IMG/VR virus record: IMGVR_UViG_3300046003_007336 | Span: 1 to 64,000 of that record | Source: a virus | DNA: 64,000 nt | Direction: 5' to 3' (one strand) | Shown here: in pieces, positions 63,931-64,000 of the stretch | How positions within the stretch are numbered: the stretch's first letter is position 1 | How the letters are laid out: every line of letters begins with the position of its first letter | Notes under the pieces: model-generated | Databases searched by the model: none | The model's input: only the letters and a program-made list of their open reading frames with translations | What the model was told of the DNA's origin: nothing | Program-made: the position numbers and the translations under genes

Positions 63931-64000
63931 CCTATACGATGACCCTGATGCCTCGCGAAGAGGACGAGGCGACGAAGGCCCGCAACGCCCAGAGGGAAGC
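63927..64000 (+). CDS. Hypothetical protein, runs off the window end
   Basis: ATGA overlap; MTYTMTLMPREEDEA... Confidence 0.4.
   Translation, partial: MTYTMTLMPREEDEATKARNAQRE

Overview
This 64 kb window is a slice of a large, GC-rich (by eye roughly 55-60%) T4-related/jumbo myophage genome. The host is probably an alphaproteobacterium, judged from a Ros/MucR gene and Caulobacter-type TTGAC-N16/17-GCTANNNT promoters. Virion genes: tail tube, tube-like baseplate protein, 946-aa sheath, gp13/gp14-like neck proteins, fibre-like proteins, a spanin pair and a holin-like protein, mostly behind TAAATA late promoters. Replication and metabolic genes: ATP-dependent DNA ligase, the N-terminal half of a family-B DNA polymerase, dNMP kinase, PyrB, CoaE, ClpA, DnaJ, MucR, a HerA-like ATPase and three HNH nucleases. 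There are also about 50 small accessory ORFs, many from two paralogous families. The most striking locus is 53.4-55.6 kb. A dual early/late promoter drives an Ala/Pro-rich 35-aa leader peptide, three tRNA-Ala and three tRNA-Pro genes, four non-canonical CCA-ending tRNA-like RNAs (three keep the G3:U70/A73 alanine identity), and a ~280-aa minimal alanyl-tRNA synthetase with no editing domain and an out-of-frame start. Three further structured ncRNA candidates lie at 2.7-2.95 kb, 18.07-18.74 kb and 60.9-61.0 kb; the last is Y-RNA-like and precedes a RING/helical/TerD protein. All calls are by eye from motifs; no database search or folding program was run.
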